Assembly (NCBI GenBank): GCA_021735045.1
Contig: JAIPHU010000010.1
Coordinates: 10,468 to 42,467, forward strand
Reading direction: 5' to 3'
Source of the DNA: Candidatus Omnitrophota bacterium
Lineage (GTDB): Bacteria > Omnitrophota > Gorgyraeia > Duberdicusellales > 4484-171
Length of the DNA: 32,000 nucleotides
This document shows positions 1 through 7,258 of this stretch, piece by piece. The number at the start of each line of letters is the position of its first letter. The stretch's first letter is position 1. The notes beneath the pieces were generated by a model. That model was not told where the DNA came from, made no database searches, and worked only from the letters and a program-made list of their open reading frames with translations. A program made the position numbers and the translations under genes.

Positions 1-88
1 TATAAAAAAACCTGCTCCTTCTTGCGGTCTTTATCTTAAACGAGTTAAATATTGAGGAAAGCATTTGGCTAGATTTTTTTATCCTATA

Positions 89-97
89 TGGTATAAT
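89..97 (+). promoter_or_regulatory. extended -10 element TGgTATAAT upstream of the first ORF
   Basis: TG at 89-90 and TATAAT at 92-97. There is no -35 at proper spacing (TTGGCT at 65-70 is 21 nt away). ATG 106 is only 8 nt past the hexamer, with no SD in between. Confidence 0.35.
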
Positions 98-99
98 TT

Positions 100-588
100 T
101 TGTCTATGAGAAAAAAAGCTTTATTTATTTTTTTACTGGTAATTTTAGTCTTAAACGGAGGTTGTCATTCTTTACGTAAGAAATTTATCCGTAAAAAAAA
201 GGAAGAAAAGGTACCGGTTTACATAACTCCTAAGGAATATCCTCAAAAACCAACTCGTGATATTTATGTTGATTATTATCTTTATGTCAAAGGCTGGCTT
301 GAAGAGTTAGCCAAGGCATTACGTAAGGGGATAAGCTATAAACGGCAAAAACATACAATAGATGAAGCAGTAATGAATCTTGAGCAAATAATTTCTTTTT
401 TTAATCAAAAAGGAAAAGAAAATATAGAATCTTTGCACAAGGAGCTTAAACAAATACAAGCTGAAATTAATCGGATTCCTAACTTAAGCCGAATTAAAAG
501 AGATTCTCTTATTCGTAAAGTTCAAAAGATTAAAAGAAAATTTGATTCTAATTATACCTATACTGATGTAAAAGAATGGTTAAATTAG
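100..588 (+). CDS. hypothetical secreted protein or lipoprotein
   Basis: 162-aa ORF. The N-terminus MSMRKKALFIFLLVILVLNGGC has a basic n-region, a hydrophobic core and a Cys (lipobox-like, not canonical). The likely true start is ATG 106 (the ORF track starts at TTG 100). The rest is K/E-rich and I recognise no family. Confidence 0.6.
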   Translation: MSMRKKALFIFLLVILVLNGGCHSLRKKFIRKKKEEKVPVYITPKEYPQKPTRDIYVDYYLYVKGWLEELAKALRKGISYKRQKHTIDEAVMNLEQIISFFNQKGKENIESLHKELKQIQAEINRIPNLSRIKRDSLIRKVQKIKRKFDSNYTYTDVKEWLN

Positions 589-1190
589 ATTTAAAGGTTT
601 TTCCTTCTGGCCCGCTAGATACAAATAACTATCTTCTTTTTGATCAACAATCTAAGAAGGGATGTATCATAGACCTTTCCTCATCTTCCGGCCGGTTATT
701 TGATTTTCTTAAAAGAGAAGGGATTAAAGTTGATTTTGTGCTTTTAACGCATGCTCATTTTGATCATATTGAGGGGTTAAGGCATACTGATTTTCCTTTT
801 TTTCTTCATAAAAAAGATTTTGCTTTAATTTCAGATCCAGAAAAGAATGGTTCTGCTTTTTTTTCTGACCCTATAGTTATAGAAAAAAAACCTTATTTTT
901 ATAAAGAAAAGCTAGATTTTTGTGGTTTAAGAATTGATGTTATTCATACTCCTGGCCATACACCCGGGTCAGTTTCATTAAAGTTAGATAATTGGCTTTT
1001 TAGTGGGGATACGATTTTTTATCAGGCAGTAGGCCGCACTGATATTCCTTTAGCTTCTGGTCAAGAGCTAAATAAATCAATTAAAGAGAAAATATTAGTT
1101 TTACCTGATGAAACTATAATTTATCCTGGCCATGGCCTGAGTTCAACTTTGGCTCATGAAAAAAAACATAATCCTTTTTTGGCCATTTGA
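576..1190 (+). CDS. MBL-fold metallo-hydrolase (hydroxyacylglutathione hydrolase-like)
   Basis: HxHxDH motif THAHFDH, a later HTPGHTPGS motif and a C-terminal PGHG, in about 200 aa. This is typical of the small beta-lactamase-fold hydrolases. Confidence 0.85.
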   Translation: MVKLDLKVFPSGPLDTNNYLLFDQQSKKGCIIDLSSSSGRLFDFLKREGIKVDFVLLTHAHFDHIEGLRHTDFPFFLHKKDFALISDPEKNGSAFFSDPIVIEKKPYFYKEKLDFCGLRIDVIHTPGHTPGSVSLKLDNWLFSGDTIFYQAVGRTDIPLASGQELNKSIKEKILVLPDETIIYPGHGLSSTLAHEKKHNPFLAI

Positions 1191-1219
1191 AATTGTTTAG
1201 TGTTTCGAATTTATAACTT

Positions 1220-2116
1220 ATGGATACCTATATTGAAGCATTTTTTGATTACCTAAGGGTTGAAAGAGGATTGGCTCAAAACTCTATAAAATCATACAAG
1301 ACAGATTTAAGTAAATACAAAAAGTATTTAGATAAGTTAGGTATAAATAACCCTAGAAGAGTAAAAAGAGATGATATCTCTGAGTTTATTTTTTCTTTGC
1401 GAAGTTCACTTTCTATAGGTACTATTTCACGGATACTTTCATCAGTTAAAAATTTTCATCAATTTTTATTACGAGAAAAAATAATATCTGATGACCCTTC
1501 TAGTTTAATAGAATCACCAAAGTTAGATAAGAAAATTCCTTCATTTTTAACGTCTCAAGAGGTTGTTCGGGTTCTTAAGGCACCGAACTTAAAAAAAAAT
1601 AAAGGGTTAAGGGCCAGAGCAATTTTAGAAACTATGTATGCAAGCGGGTTGAGGGTTTCTGAGCTGGTTGAGTTAAAGACCCAAGATGCTAATCTAGAAA
1701 TAGGGTTTATTAAATGCAAAGGCAAAGGCTCTAAAGAAAGGATTATCCCCTTAGGTAATACTGCTAATCACTTTATAAAAAGATATAAGCAGGAAGTAAG
1801 GCCTGATTTACTAAAAGAGAAAGAATCTACTTTTTTATTTCTTGCTCAGGGAGGCCATAAACTAAGCCGGCAAAGTGTTTGGAAGATTATCAAGGCCATG
1901 GTTAAAAAGGCAAAAATAAAAAAGAAAGTAAGCCCGCACACTTTAAGGCATTCTTTTGCTACTCATCTCCTAGAAGGTGGGGCGGATTTACGTAGTGTCC
2001 AAGAAATGTTAGGCCATGCAAATATAACTACGACTCAGATTTATACTCATATTAATCAAACAAGGTTAAAAGAAATTCATAATCAATTTCATCCTCGGGC
2101 AAAAAATCAAGGATAG
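1220..2116 (+). CDS. xerD: site-specific tyrosine recombinase, XerC/XerD family (XerD-like)
   Basis: N-terminal SAM-like domain (FFDYLRVERGLAQNSIKSYKTDL). Catalytic region ASGLRVSEL ... HTLRHSFATHLLEGGADLRSVQEMLGHANITTTQIYTH carries the R..HxxR..Y signature. The XerC versus XerD assignment is by resemblance only. Confidence 0.8.
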   Translation: MDTYIEAFFDYLRVERGLAQNSIKSYKTDLSKYKKYLDKLGINNPRRVKRDDISEFIFSLRSSLSIGTISRILSSVKNFHQFLLREKIISDDPSSLIESPKLDKKIPSFLTSQEVVRVLKAPNLKKNKGLRARAILETMYASGLRVSELVELKTQDANLEIGFIKCKGKGSKERIIPLGNTANHFIKRYKQEVRPDLLKEKESTFLFLAQGGHKLSRQSVWKIIKAMVKKAKIKKKVSPHTLRHSFATHLLEGGADLRSVQEMLGHANITTTQIYTHINQTRLKEIHNQFHPRAKNQG

Positions 2117-2124
2117 TTGCTGTA

Positions 2125-3390
2125 ATGATTAACAGATTAAAAAAATTAAATCCCCAATTCAGAAACATTTTAAAAATATCCTCAAGGTTAGCTAAAAAAT
2201 CAGATTATAATATCTATTTAGTTGGAGGAGTAGTAAGAGATCTATTGCTTAATCGGCCTGTGTTTGACCTAGATATAGTGGTTGAAGGTGACGCTATATC
2301 CTTGGTCAGGCAGTTGGCAAAGCGGCTCAAGATAGATTTTCGAAGACATCATAGTTTTGGTACAGCAACTTTATCTTATCAGGGGCATAAAATAGATTTT
2401 GCTACAGCTCGTAAGGAACGATATCCTCATCCTGGTTCATTGCCAAAAGTAAAACCATCTTCTTTAGAAAAAGATCTAATTAGAAGAGATTTTTCTATAA
2501 ATGCCATGGCAATAAGTATAAATAAAAAAAATTATGGCCAGTTGATAGATTTTTATCACGGGCGTCGAGATTTAAAAAATGGATTAATTCGAATATTATA
2601 TTCGGAAAGTTTTTTCGATGATTCTTTAAGAATCTTACGTGCTGTTAGGTTCCAACAACGTTTTTCTTTTAAGATAGAAACAAAAACCTATGCATTAATG
2701 AAACAAGCTATCGGCGCGGGAGCTTTACAATGGATTAATCCTCATCGCCTTAGAGATGAATTAATTCTTTTTTTAGATGAAACTAATCCTTATCGATATA
2801 TAAAAAGATTTTACTTACTTGAGAAGTTTAATTTTATAAATAAACGAATAAAGTTAAATAAGAAAGAGTTTAATTTCTTCATCAGGGCTCAAGCTGCAAT
2901 TAGATTTTATAATAAAACATTTAGCAATAAAGATAAAATTAAAAGATGGTCAATATTTTTGGCTGGTATTTTAGTGAATTTATCTTATCGTGAAGTTATT
3001 GAAGTTACCAATAGATTTGGGTTTAAAAAAGATGAAAGGTTAATTATTAGCTCAATAAAGAAAGATATAGGCAAGATAAAAAAGTTAGATAGAAAGTTAA
3101 AGCCCAGTGTTATTTATAAAATCTTAACCGGTTATAGCCGGGAAGCACTGATCTTTTTTTATGCTTATTTTCCCAGAAAAAAAATACGGAGTAATATAAT
3201 CTTTTTTCTAAAAGATCTATCAGGCCAAAAGTTAAAGATTAAAGGAAAAGACTTACAGAAGATGGGGGTTGAGTCATCGTCCTTTATGGGCAAAACACTA
3301 AAGAAACTATTTTTTTTGAAGTTAGATAAGAACTTAAAGACAAAACGTCAGGAGATAAAAGAGGTAAAAAAAATAGTTAAAATAAAATAA
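2125..3390 (+). CDS. CCA-adding enzyme / poly(A) polymerase family nucleotidyltransferase
   Basis: Head-domain motifs YLVGGVVRDLLL and DLDIVV, followed by RRDFSINAMA. No C-terminal HD domain is seen. The tail is K-rich. Confidence 0.8.
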   Translation: MINRLKKLNPQFRNILKISSRLAKKSDYNIYLVGGVVRDLLLNRPVFDLDIVVEGDAISLVRQLAKRLKIDFRRHHSFGTATLSYQGHKIDFATARKERYPHPGSLPKVKPSSLEKDLIRRDFSINAMAISINKKNYGQLIDFYHGRRDLKNGLIRILYSESFFDDSLRILRAVRFQQRFSFKIETKTYALMKQAIGAGALQWINPHRLRDELILFLDETNPYRYIKRFYLLEKFNFINKRIKLNKKEFNFFIRAQAAIRFYNKTFSNKDKIKRWSIFLAGILVNLSYREVIEVTNRFGFKKDERLIISSIKKDIGKIKKLDRKLKPSVIYKILTGYSREALIFFYAYFPRKKIRSNIIFFLKDLSGQKLKIKGKDLQKMGVESSSFMGKTLKKLFFLKLDKNLKTKRQEIKEVKKIVKIK

Positions 3391-3422
3391 TAATAGATAC
3401 ATTTAGGATTATTTTCATAAGC

Positions 3423-3451
3423 TTGATAATATTTGCAGCTTGCGGTATAAT
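3423..3451 (+). promoter_or_regulatory. sigma70-like promoter TTGATA-17-TATAAT upstream of rbfA
   Basis: TTGATA at 3423-3428, a 17-nt spacer, TATAAT at 3446-3451. GGGAG SD lies before ATG 3485. Confidence 0.5.
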
Positions 3452-3484
3452 CCAGTCTTATTTTTTTAAAAAGCGGGAGTAGGT

Positions 3485-3838
3485 ATGTCGGTAAGAATAG
3501 ACAAAATCAATACAGAAATGCGTAAGCAAATTATGAAAATAGTTCAACAAGAGATTGATGACCCGAATGTAGGGTTGGTGACTATAACTAAAGTGGATAC
3601 CAAACCTGACCTAGAAGAAGCTAAAGTTTATTTTAGTATTTTAGATCAAACCAAGCAAAAAAAAGTAAAAGAGACATTAGATAAGATGAAAGGTTTTATC
3701 AAGGTATTATTAGCAAGGAAAATAAGATTAAAAAAAATACCTGAGTTAGTATTTCAGTTAGATGAATCAATAAAATATAGTGTAGATATCTACCAAAAAA
3801 TAGAGGAGTTAAAGGATGAAGAGGGCAAAGATCAGTAA
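3485..3838 (+). CDS. rbfA: ribosome-binding factor A
   Basis: 117 aa. RIDKINTEMRKQIMKIVQQEIDDPNVGLVTITKVDTKPDLEEAKVYFSIL matches the RbfA KH-like consensus. The rbfA-truB-ribF neighbourhood supports the call. Confidence 0.9.
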   Translation: MSVRIDKINTEMRKQIMKIVQQEIDDPNVGLVTITKVDTKPDLEEAKVYFSILDQTKQKKVKETLDKMKGFIKVLLARKIRLKKIPELVFQLDESIKYSVDIYQKIEELKDEEGKDQ

Positions 3839-4784
3839 AATAAAAAAGATAGTTGAGTTAATTAAAAATAATAACAGTTTTTTAATAACTGCTCATATGA
3901 ACTTAGAGGGAGACGCTTTAGGTTCTGAGTTGTCTTTATTTCTTTTGCTTAAAAAATTAAATAAAAAAGTTACAGTTTATAATCATGATGCCACTCCTGA
4001 TGTTTATAAATTTCTTCCCAAACATAAACTTATAAAAAATAATTTTAAAAAAGGAAAAATTGATCTGGCTTTTGTTTTGGATTGTTCGGACTCTTCTCGT
4101 GCCGGCAAGGTGGAAGATAAGTTAAATGATGCTGGTAATGTAGTAAATATTGACCATCACATCAGTAATACTTTTTTTGGAGACCTAAACTGGGTAGAGC
4201 CAAAGATGAGTTCTGCCTCAGAGATGATTTATCATTTAGCTAAGGAAATGAGAATTATGGATAAAAATATTGCTCTTTGCATATATACGGGTATTTTTAC
4301 AGATACAGGTAGTTTTAGTTATGCAAATACAAGTCCTGATACCCACAGGATAGTGTCAGAGTTAATGAAGTTTAATATTAAACCTCATCTCATTGATAAG
4401 GAAATTCATAGTTTGTGTGTACCAGATGATATTGATTTTATTGGTAAATGCATATCAAGGTTAAAATTTGCTCCTGGCCAGAAGATATCTTGGATAACTA
4501 TCTCTAGATGGCAGAAAAAAAACTATGATCTTACGGAAATAATTTTCTCTATAATGAAACTTTTAAAAAAACCTGAGGTTTTTGTTATTTTTAAAAGAAT
4601 AAGTAAAGATAGAACTAGAATTAATTTCCGTTCTTGCTCGAAGCTGGATGTAAACAAGGTTGCTAAGTTTTTTGGAGGAGGAGGGCATAAGAGAGCTAGC
4701 GGCACAACCTTAAACAAGAATTTAAAAGAATCCGAGAAAAAGGTGATTAATTTTATTAAGGGGTGCCTAAATGGCAAAAAATAA
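3816..4784 (+). CDS. nrnA: DHH/DHHA1 family phosphoesterase (NrnA-like oligoribonuclease / pAp phosphatase)
   Basis: DHH motif NIDHHISN, DxD-type motif GDALGS, and DHHA1 GGGGH near the C-terminus. Its position between rbfA and truB is common for NrnA-like genes. Confidence 0.8.
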   Translation: MKRAKISKIKKIVELIKNNNSFLITAHMNLEGDALGSELSLFLLLKKLNKKVTVYNHDATPDVYKFLPKHKLIKNNFKKGKIDLAFVLDCSDSSRAGKVEDKLNDAGNVVNIDHHISNTFFGDLNWVEPKMSSASEMIYHLAKEMRIMDKNIALCIYTGIFTDTGSFSYANTSPDTHRIVSELMKFNIKPHLIDKEIHSLCVPDDIDFIGKCISRLKFAPGQKISWITISRWQKKNYDLTEIIFSIMKLLKKPEVFVIFKRISKDRTRINFRSCSKLDVNKVAKFFGGGGHKRASGTTLNKNLKESEKKVINFIKGCLNGKK

Positions 4785-5463
4785 TTTTAATAAAAGCCGC
4801 AAAGGAATATTACTTATTAATAAACCTTTGGGGCCTACTTCACATGATATTGTTGGTGTAGCTAGGAAAAAATTAAAATTTCGCAAAATTGGACATGCTG
4901 GTTCTCTAGATCCTTTAGCCGAAGGCCTTTTGATTCTTTTGGTTGGTTCTTATACCAAAAGTTTTGAAAAATTTGTTAATTTTGATAAAGAGTATTTTGG
5001 AACTTTAAAATTAGGGGAAGTTACTGCCACTGGAGATTCAGAAGGAGAAGTTATAGAAGAAAAAGAATGGAGAAATATATCAGAGTTGCAGATAGAAAAA
5101 GTTATTAAAGATTTTCAAGGGGCAATTGAACAAGTTCCTCCCATGGTAAGTGCCTTAAGAAAAAAAGGGCAAAGGCTATACAAATTAGCAAGAAAAGGTA
5201 TTACTGTAAAAAGAAAACCCAGAAAAATAAATATATATAGCTGCAGTTTAGAAAGCATACGGTTGCCTTACCTAGATTTTTATGTTCACTGTTCCAAAGG
5301 TACCTATATTAGAAAATTAGCAGAAGATATTGGCAAGAAACTTGGTTGTGGCGCCTATGCAACTAAAATATTAAGAAAAAAAATAGGCCCTTTTCATTTA
5401 AAAGATTCGATAAAACCTGAAGATATCAATGAAACTTATTTACAAGAATTTACCTTCTCATAA
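4771..5463 (+). CDS. truB: tRNA pseudouridine(55) synthase
   Basis: GHAGSLDPLAEGLL catalytic Asp motif, QVPPMVSALRKKGQRLYKLAR and GTYIRKLAEDIG. Confidence 0.95.
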   Translation: MAKNNFNKSRKGILLINKPLGPTSHDIVGVARKKLKFRKIGHAGSLDPLAEGLLILLVGSYTKSFEKFVNFDKEYFGTLKLGEVTATGDSEGEVIEEKEWRNISELQIEKVIKDFQGAIEQVPPMVSALRKKGQRLYKLARKGITVKRKPRKINIYSCSLESIRLPYLDFYVHCSKGTYIRKLAEDIGKKLGCGAYATKILRKKIGPFHLKDSIKPEDINETYLQEFTFS

Positions 5464-6334
5464 AGTTGATAACTGTATAGTAACTATTGGGGCTTTCGAT
5501 GGTGTTCATCTGGGCCATCAACATATATTAAAGGAAGTAAAGTCTCAAGCAAAAAAAAACCATAAGCCTTCTTTGGTAATTAGCTTTGACACTCCCCCGA
5601 AAAAAGTTTTATATTCGAAGCAAAAATTTAAGGGTTACTTGACTGACTATAGGCAGAAAGCTTCTTTGATTGAATCTTTGGGAGTTGATTATTTATGGAT
5701 TTTAGAAACTAAAACAAATTTGTTAAATTATACTGCTGATAAATTTTTATCATATATAAGTAACTATTTTTCAATAGATGAAATGATTGTCGGCAGTGAT
5801 TTTCGTTTTGGTATCAAGGCTGGAGCTGGAACTACTCGGCTGAGTCAACTTTCAGATGATTACAATTTTCGTTTGAAAATTATTAATAAAAAAAAGTTTG
5901 ACAAGACTCTTGTAAGTAGTTCTTTTATACGAGAGTTAATAAGGTCATCTAAACTAGAAAAATCAAAAAAATTATTAGGAAGAAATTATACTTTAAAAGC
6001 TAAAGTAGTTAGAGGTAAAGGGGTGGGAAGACAGCTTGGTTTTCCTACAGCGAACTTAAATACTTTTGATTATATTTTACCTGGCCAAGGTGTTTATGCA
6101 GCTTATAGTAAAGTAGAAAATAAGGATTTTCTTGCTGCTGTTAATATCGGTAAAAAAGATTTTGAAGTTCATCTGTTAAATTTTTCTAAGGATATATTAA
6201 ACAGTAATATTGAAGTAACTCTTTTAAGCAAAATTCGGGATGAACTAAGTTTTCAGTCACGAGGCCAATTAATCAAACAAATCCAAAAAGATATTCAAAA
6301 TATCACCTCAAAATATAGTACCCCCACTAATTAA
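5429..6334 (+). CDS. ribF: bifunctional riboflavin kinase / FMN adenylyltransferase
   Basis: N-terminal IGAFDGVHLGHQ nucleotidyltransferase motif. C-terminal kinase part VVRGKGVGRQLGFPTANL. Confidence 0.92.
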   Translation: MKLIYKNLPSHKVDNCIVTIGAFDGVHLGHQHILKEVKSQAKKNHKPSLVISFDTPPKKVLYSKQKFKGYLTDYRQKASLIESLGVDYLWILETKTNLLNYTADKFLSYISNYFSIDEMIVGSDFRFGIKAGAGTTRLSQLSDDYNFRLKIINKKKFDKTLVSSSFIRELIRSSKLEKSKKLLGRNYTLKAKVVRGKGVGRQLGFPTANLNTFDYILPGQGVYAAYSKVENKDFLAAVNIGKKDFEVHLLNFSKDILNSNIEVTLLSKIRDELSFQSRGQLIKQIQKDIQNITSKYSTPTN

Positions 6335-6337
6335 TTT

Positions 6338-6353
6338 ACACAATCCCTTGTGT
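6338..6353 (+). terminator. weak hairpin after ribF (possible terminator)
   Basis: ACACAA (6338-6343), loop TCCC, TTGTGT (6348-6353). The stem is only 6 bp and AT-rich, and the downstream sequence is only loosely T-rich. Confidence 0.25.
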
Positions 6354-6379
6354 TAGAGTAATTTATTTCGCTATATGCC

Positions 6380-6408
6380 TTGACAGGCTACTATATTCGA
6401 GATATATT
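6380..6408 (+). promoter_or_regulatory. dcw/mraZ promoter TTGACA-17-TATATT
   Basis: Consensus -35 TTGACA at 6380-6385, an exactly 17-nt spacer, and -10 TATATT at 6403-6408, about 70 nt upstream of mraZ. Confidence 0.65.
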
Positions 6409-6414
6409 AGTCAT

Positions 6415-6439
6415 GTGGAATAAAGTGGCACAAAGTGGA
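6415..6439 (+). promoter_or_regulatory. MraZ operator: three direct GTGGN repeats at 10-bp spacing
   Basis: GTGGA at 6415, GTGGC at 6425 and GTGGA at 6435, each followed by an A-rich 5-nt spacer, starting 7 nt after the -10. The architecture matches the described MraZ boxes (TGGGN repeats with 5-nt spacers in E. coli, AAAGTG-type boxes in Mollicutes). Confidence 0.7.
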
Positions 6440-6476
6440 AAAAATCTCGGTAGAACAATATTTTTGAGGTGACCAA

Positions 6477-6914
6477 ATGTGGTACGGTCAATATTTACAT
6501 ACCTTAGATAAAAAAGATAGATTTATCCTTCCTGCTAAATTCAGAGAAAAAATAAAAAGAGAAGAAAGTTTTTATTTTTATATGACCCGCGGCCTTGAGG
6601 GCTGCCTTTTTTTATATTCAAAAGATGTATGGAAAGAGTTAGAAGGCAAATTGCAGTCTCTTTCTTTTACAAATCAAAAACCACGTTTCTTTAACCGTAT
6701 TTTTTTCAGTGGAGCTTCAGAAATAGAGGTAGCCCCGCAAGGAAGAGTTGGCCTTCCTCAAAACTTAAAACAGTTTGCAGATATAAAAAAAGAAATAGTT
6801 ATTATTGGTGTAGGAAATAGAATTGAGGTTTGGGATAAAGATAGATGGGACCAGTTCTATTTAAAAAATAAAAGTAATTTTGAAAAGATGGCCGAAGATC
6901 TTTTTCAAATATAG
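6477..6914 (+). CDS. mraZ: transcriptional regulator MraZ
   Basis: 145 aa with two SpoVT/AbrB-like halves (LDKKDRFILPAKFR and PQGRVGLPQNL). It is the first gene of the dcw cluster. Confidence 0.93.
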   Translation: MWYGQYLHTLDKKDRFILPAKFREKIKREESFYFYMTRGLEGCLFLYSKDVWKELEGKLQSLSFTNQKPRFFNRIFFSGASEIEVAPQGRVGLPQNLKQFADIKKEIVIIGVGNRIEVWDKDRWDQFYLKNKSNFEKMAEDLFQI

Positions 6915-6940
6915 AGGGGGCAATTGATTAACTGGTTATT

Positions 6941-7026
6941 ATCAACGAATATACGAATTAATTACGAATTTGCGAATGAAAGTTTATTAAATTCGTATAT
7001 TCGTATAGATTAGTAAATTCGTTGAT
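6941..7026. repeat. palindromic short-motif array (RCGAAT x4 then ATTCGT x3)
   Basis: ACGAAT at 6945, 6953 and 6964, and GCGAAT at 6972. ATTCGT at 6991, 6999 and 7017. There is a perfect 15-bp inverted repeat 6945-6959 / 6990-7004 with a 30-nt loop. An alternative 10-bp pairing is 6941-6950 / 7017-7026. Confidence 0.85.
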
Positions 7027-7072
7027 TACTTACTGTTTACTAATTAACTATTCACCTAAAACAGGAGGTTTT

Positions 7073-7255
7073 ATGAGTAGAGGTGTTAGTAAAAAAAGAA
7101 GTAGGCACTCAAAAAGTAAGAGCGATCAAAAAGTGCTTGTAGGTTCTTCTATAGTTCACCTTTCAGGATTTTCTCTTTGTGCTGGAAAATCAGGAGAGTT
7201 AGATTTAACTTCATTAAGTAGTAAGCAAATCAGAAAAAAAATCGGATGGCTCTAA
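7073..7255 (+). CDS. small basic hypothetical protein (60 aa) between mraZ and rsmH
   Basis: AGGAGG at 7063-7068 lies 4 nt before ATG 7073. The stop at 7253-7255 is 3 nt before the rsmH ATG. The protein MSRGVSKKRSRHSKSKSDQK... has a K/R/S-rich N-terminus. The ORF-track start TTG 7022 lacks an SD and overlaps the repeat region. I recognise no family. Confidence 0.5.
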   Translation: MSRGVSKKRSRHSKSKSDQKVLVGSSIVHLSGFSLCAGKSGELDLTSLSSKQIRKKIGWL

Positions 7256-7258
7256 TTT

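Noticed and set aside
1-60. Possible terminator of an upstream gene at the left edge (A-run, CCTGC...GCGG, T-rich).
   Set aside because: The complementarity is short and imperfect, and the upstream gene is outside the window, so the call cannot be supported.
1220-2116. Tyrosine recombinase considered as a marker of an integrated mobile element or integron.
   Set aside because: The sequence and length match housekeeping XerC/XerD. Its neighbours are core genes on the same strand, with no att-like repeats, cargo genes or composition shift that I could see.
4523-4777. Minus-strand ORFs nested inside + strand genes: 4523..4777, 8017..8202, 8792..8974, 11182..11382, 11379..11582, 20046..20228, 20365..20562, 22586..22774, 27742..28035, 28627..28827, 28824..29096, 30103..30297 and 31630..31812.
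   Set aside because: Each lies antisense and wholly within, or largely overlapping, a + strand gene that has clear family motifs. Their products are low-complexity and F/L/K/S-rich, as expected for shadow frames in AT-rich DNA. None has an SD or a recognisable domain.
7022-7072. The longer 77-aa version of the small ORF, starting at TTG 7022.
   Set aside because: The extension (ITYCLLINYSPKTGGF) begins inside the repeat region and has no SD. ATG 7073 is preceded by a perfect AGGAGG, so the shorter form was preferred.
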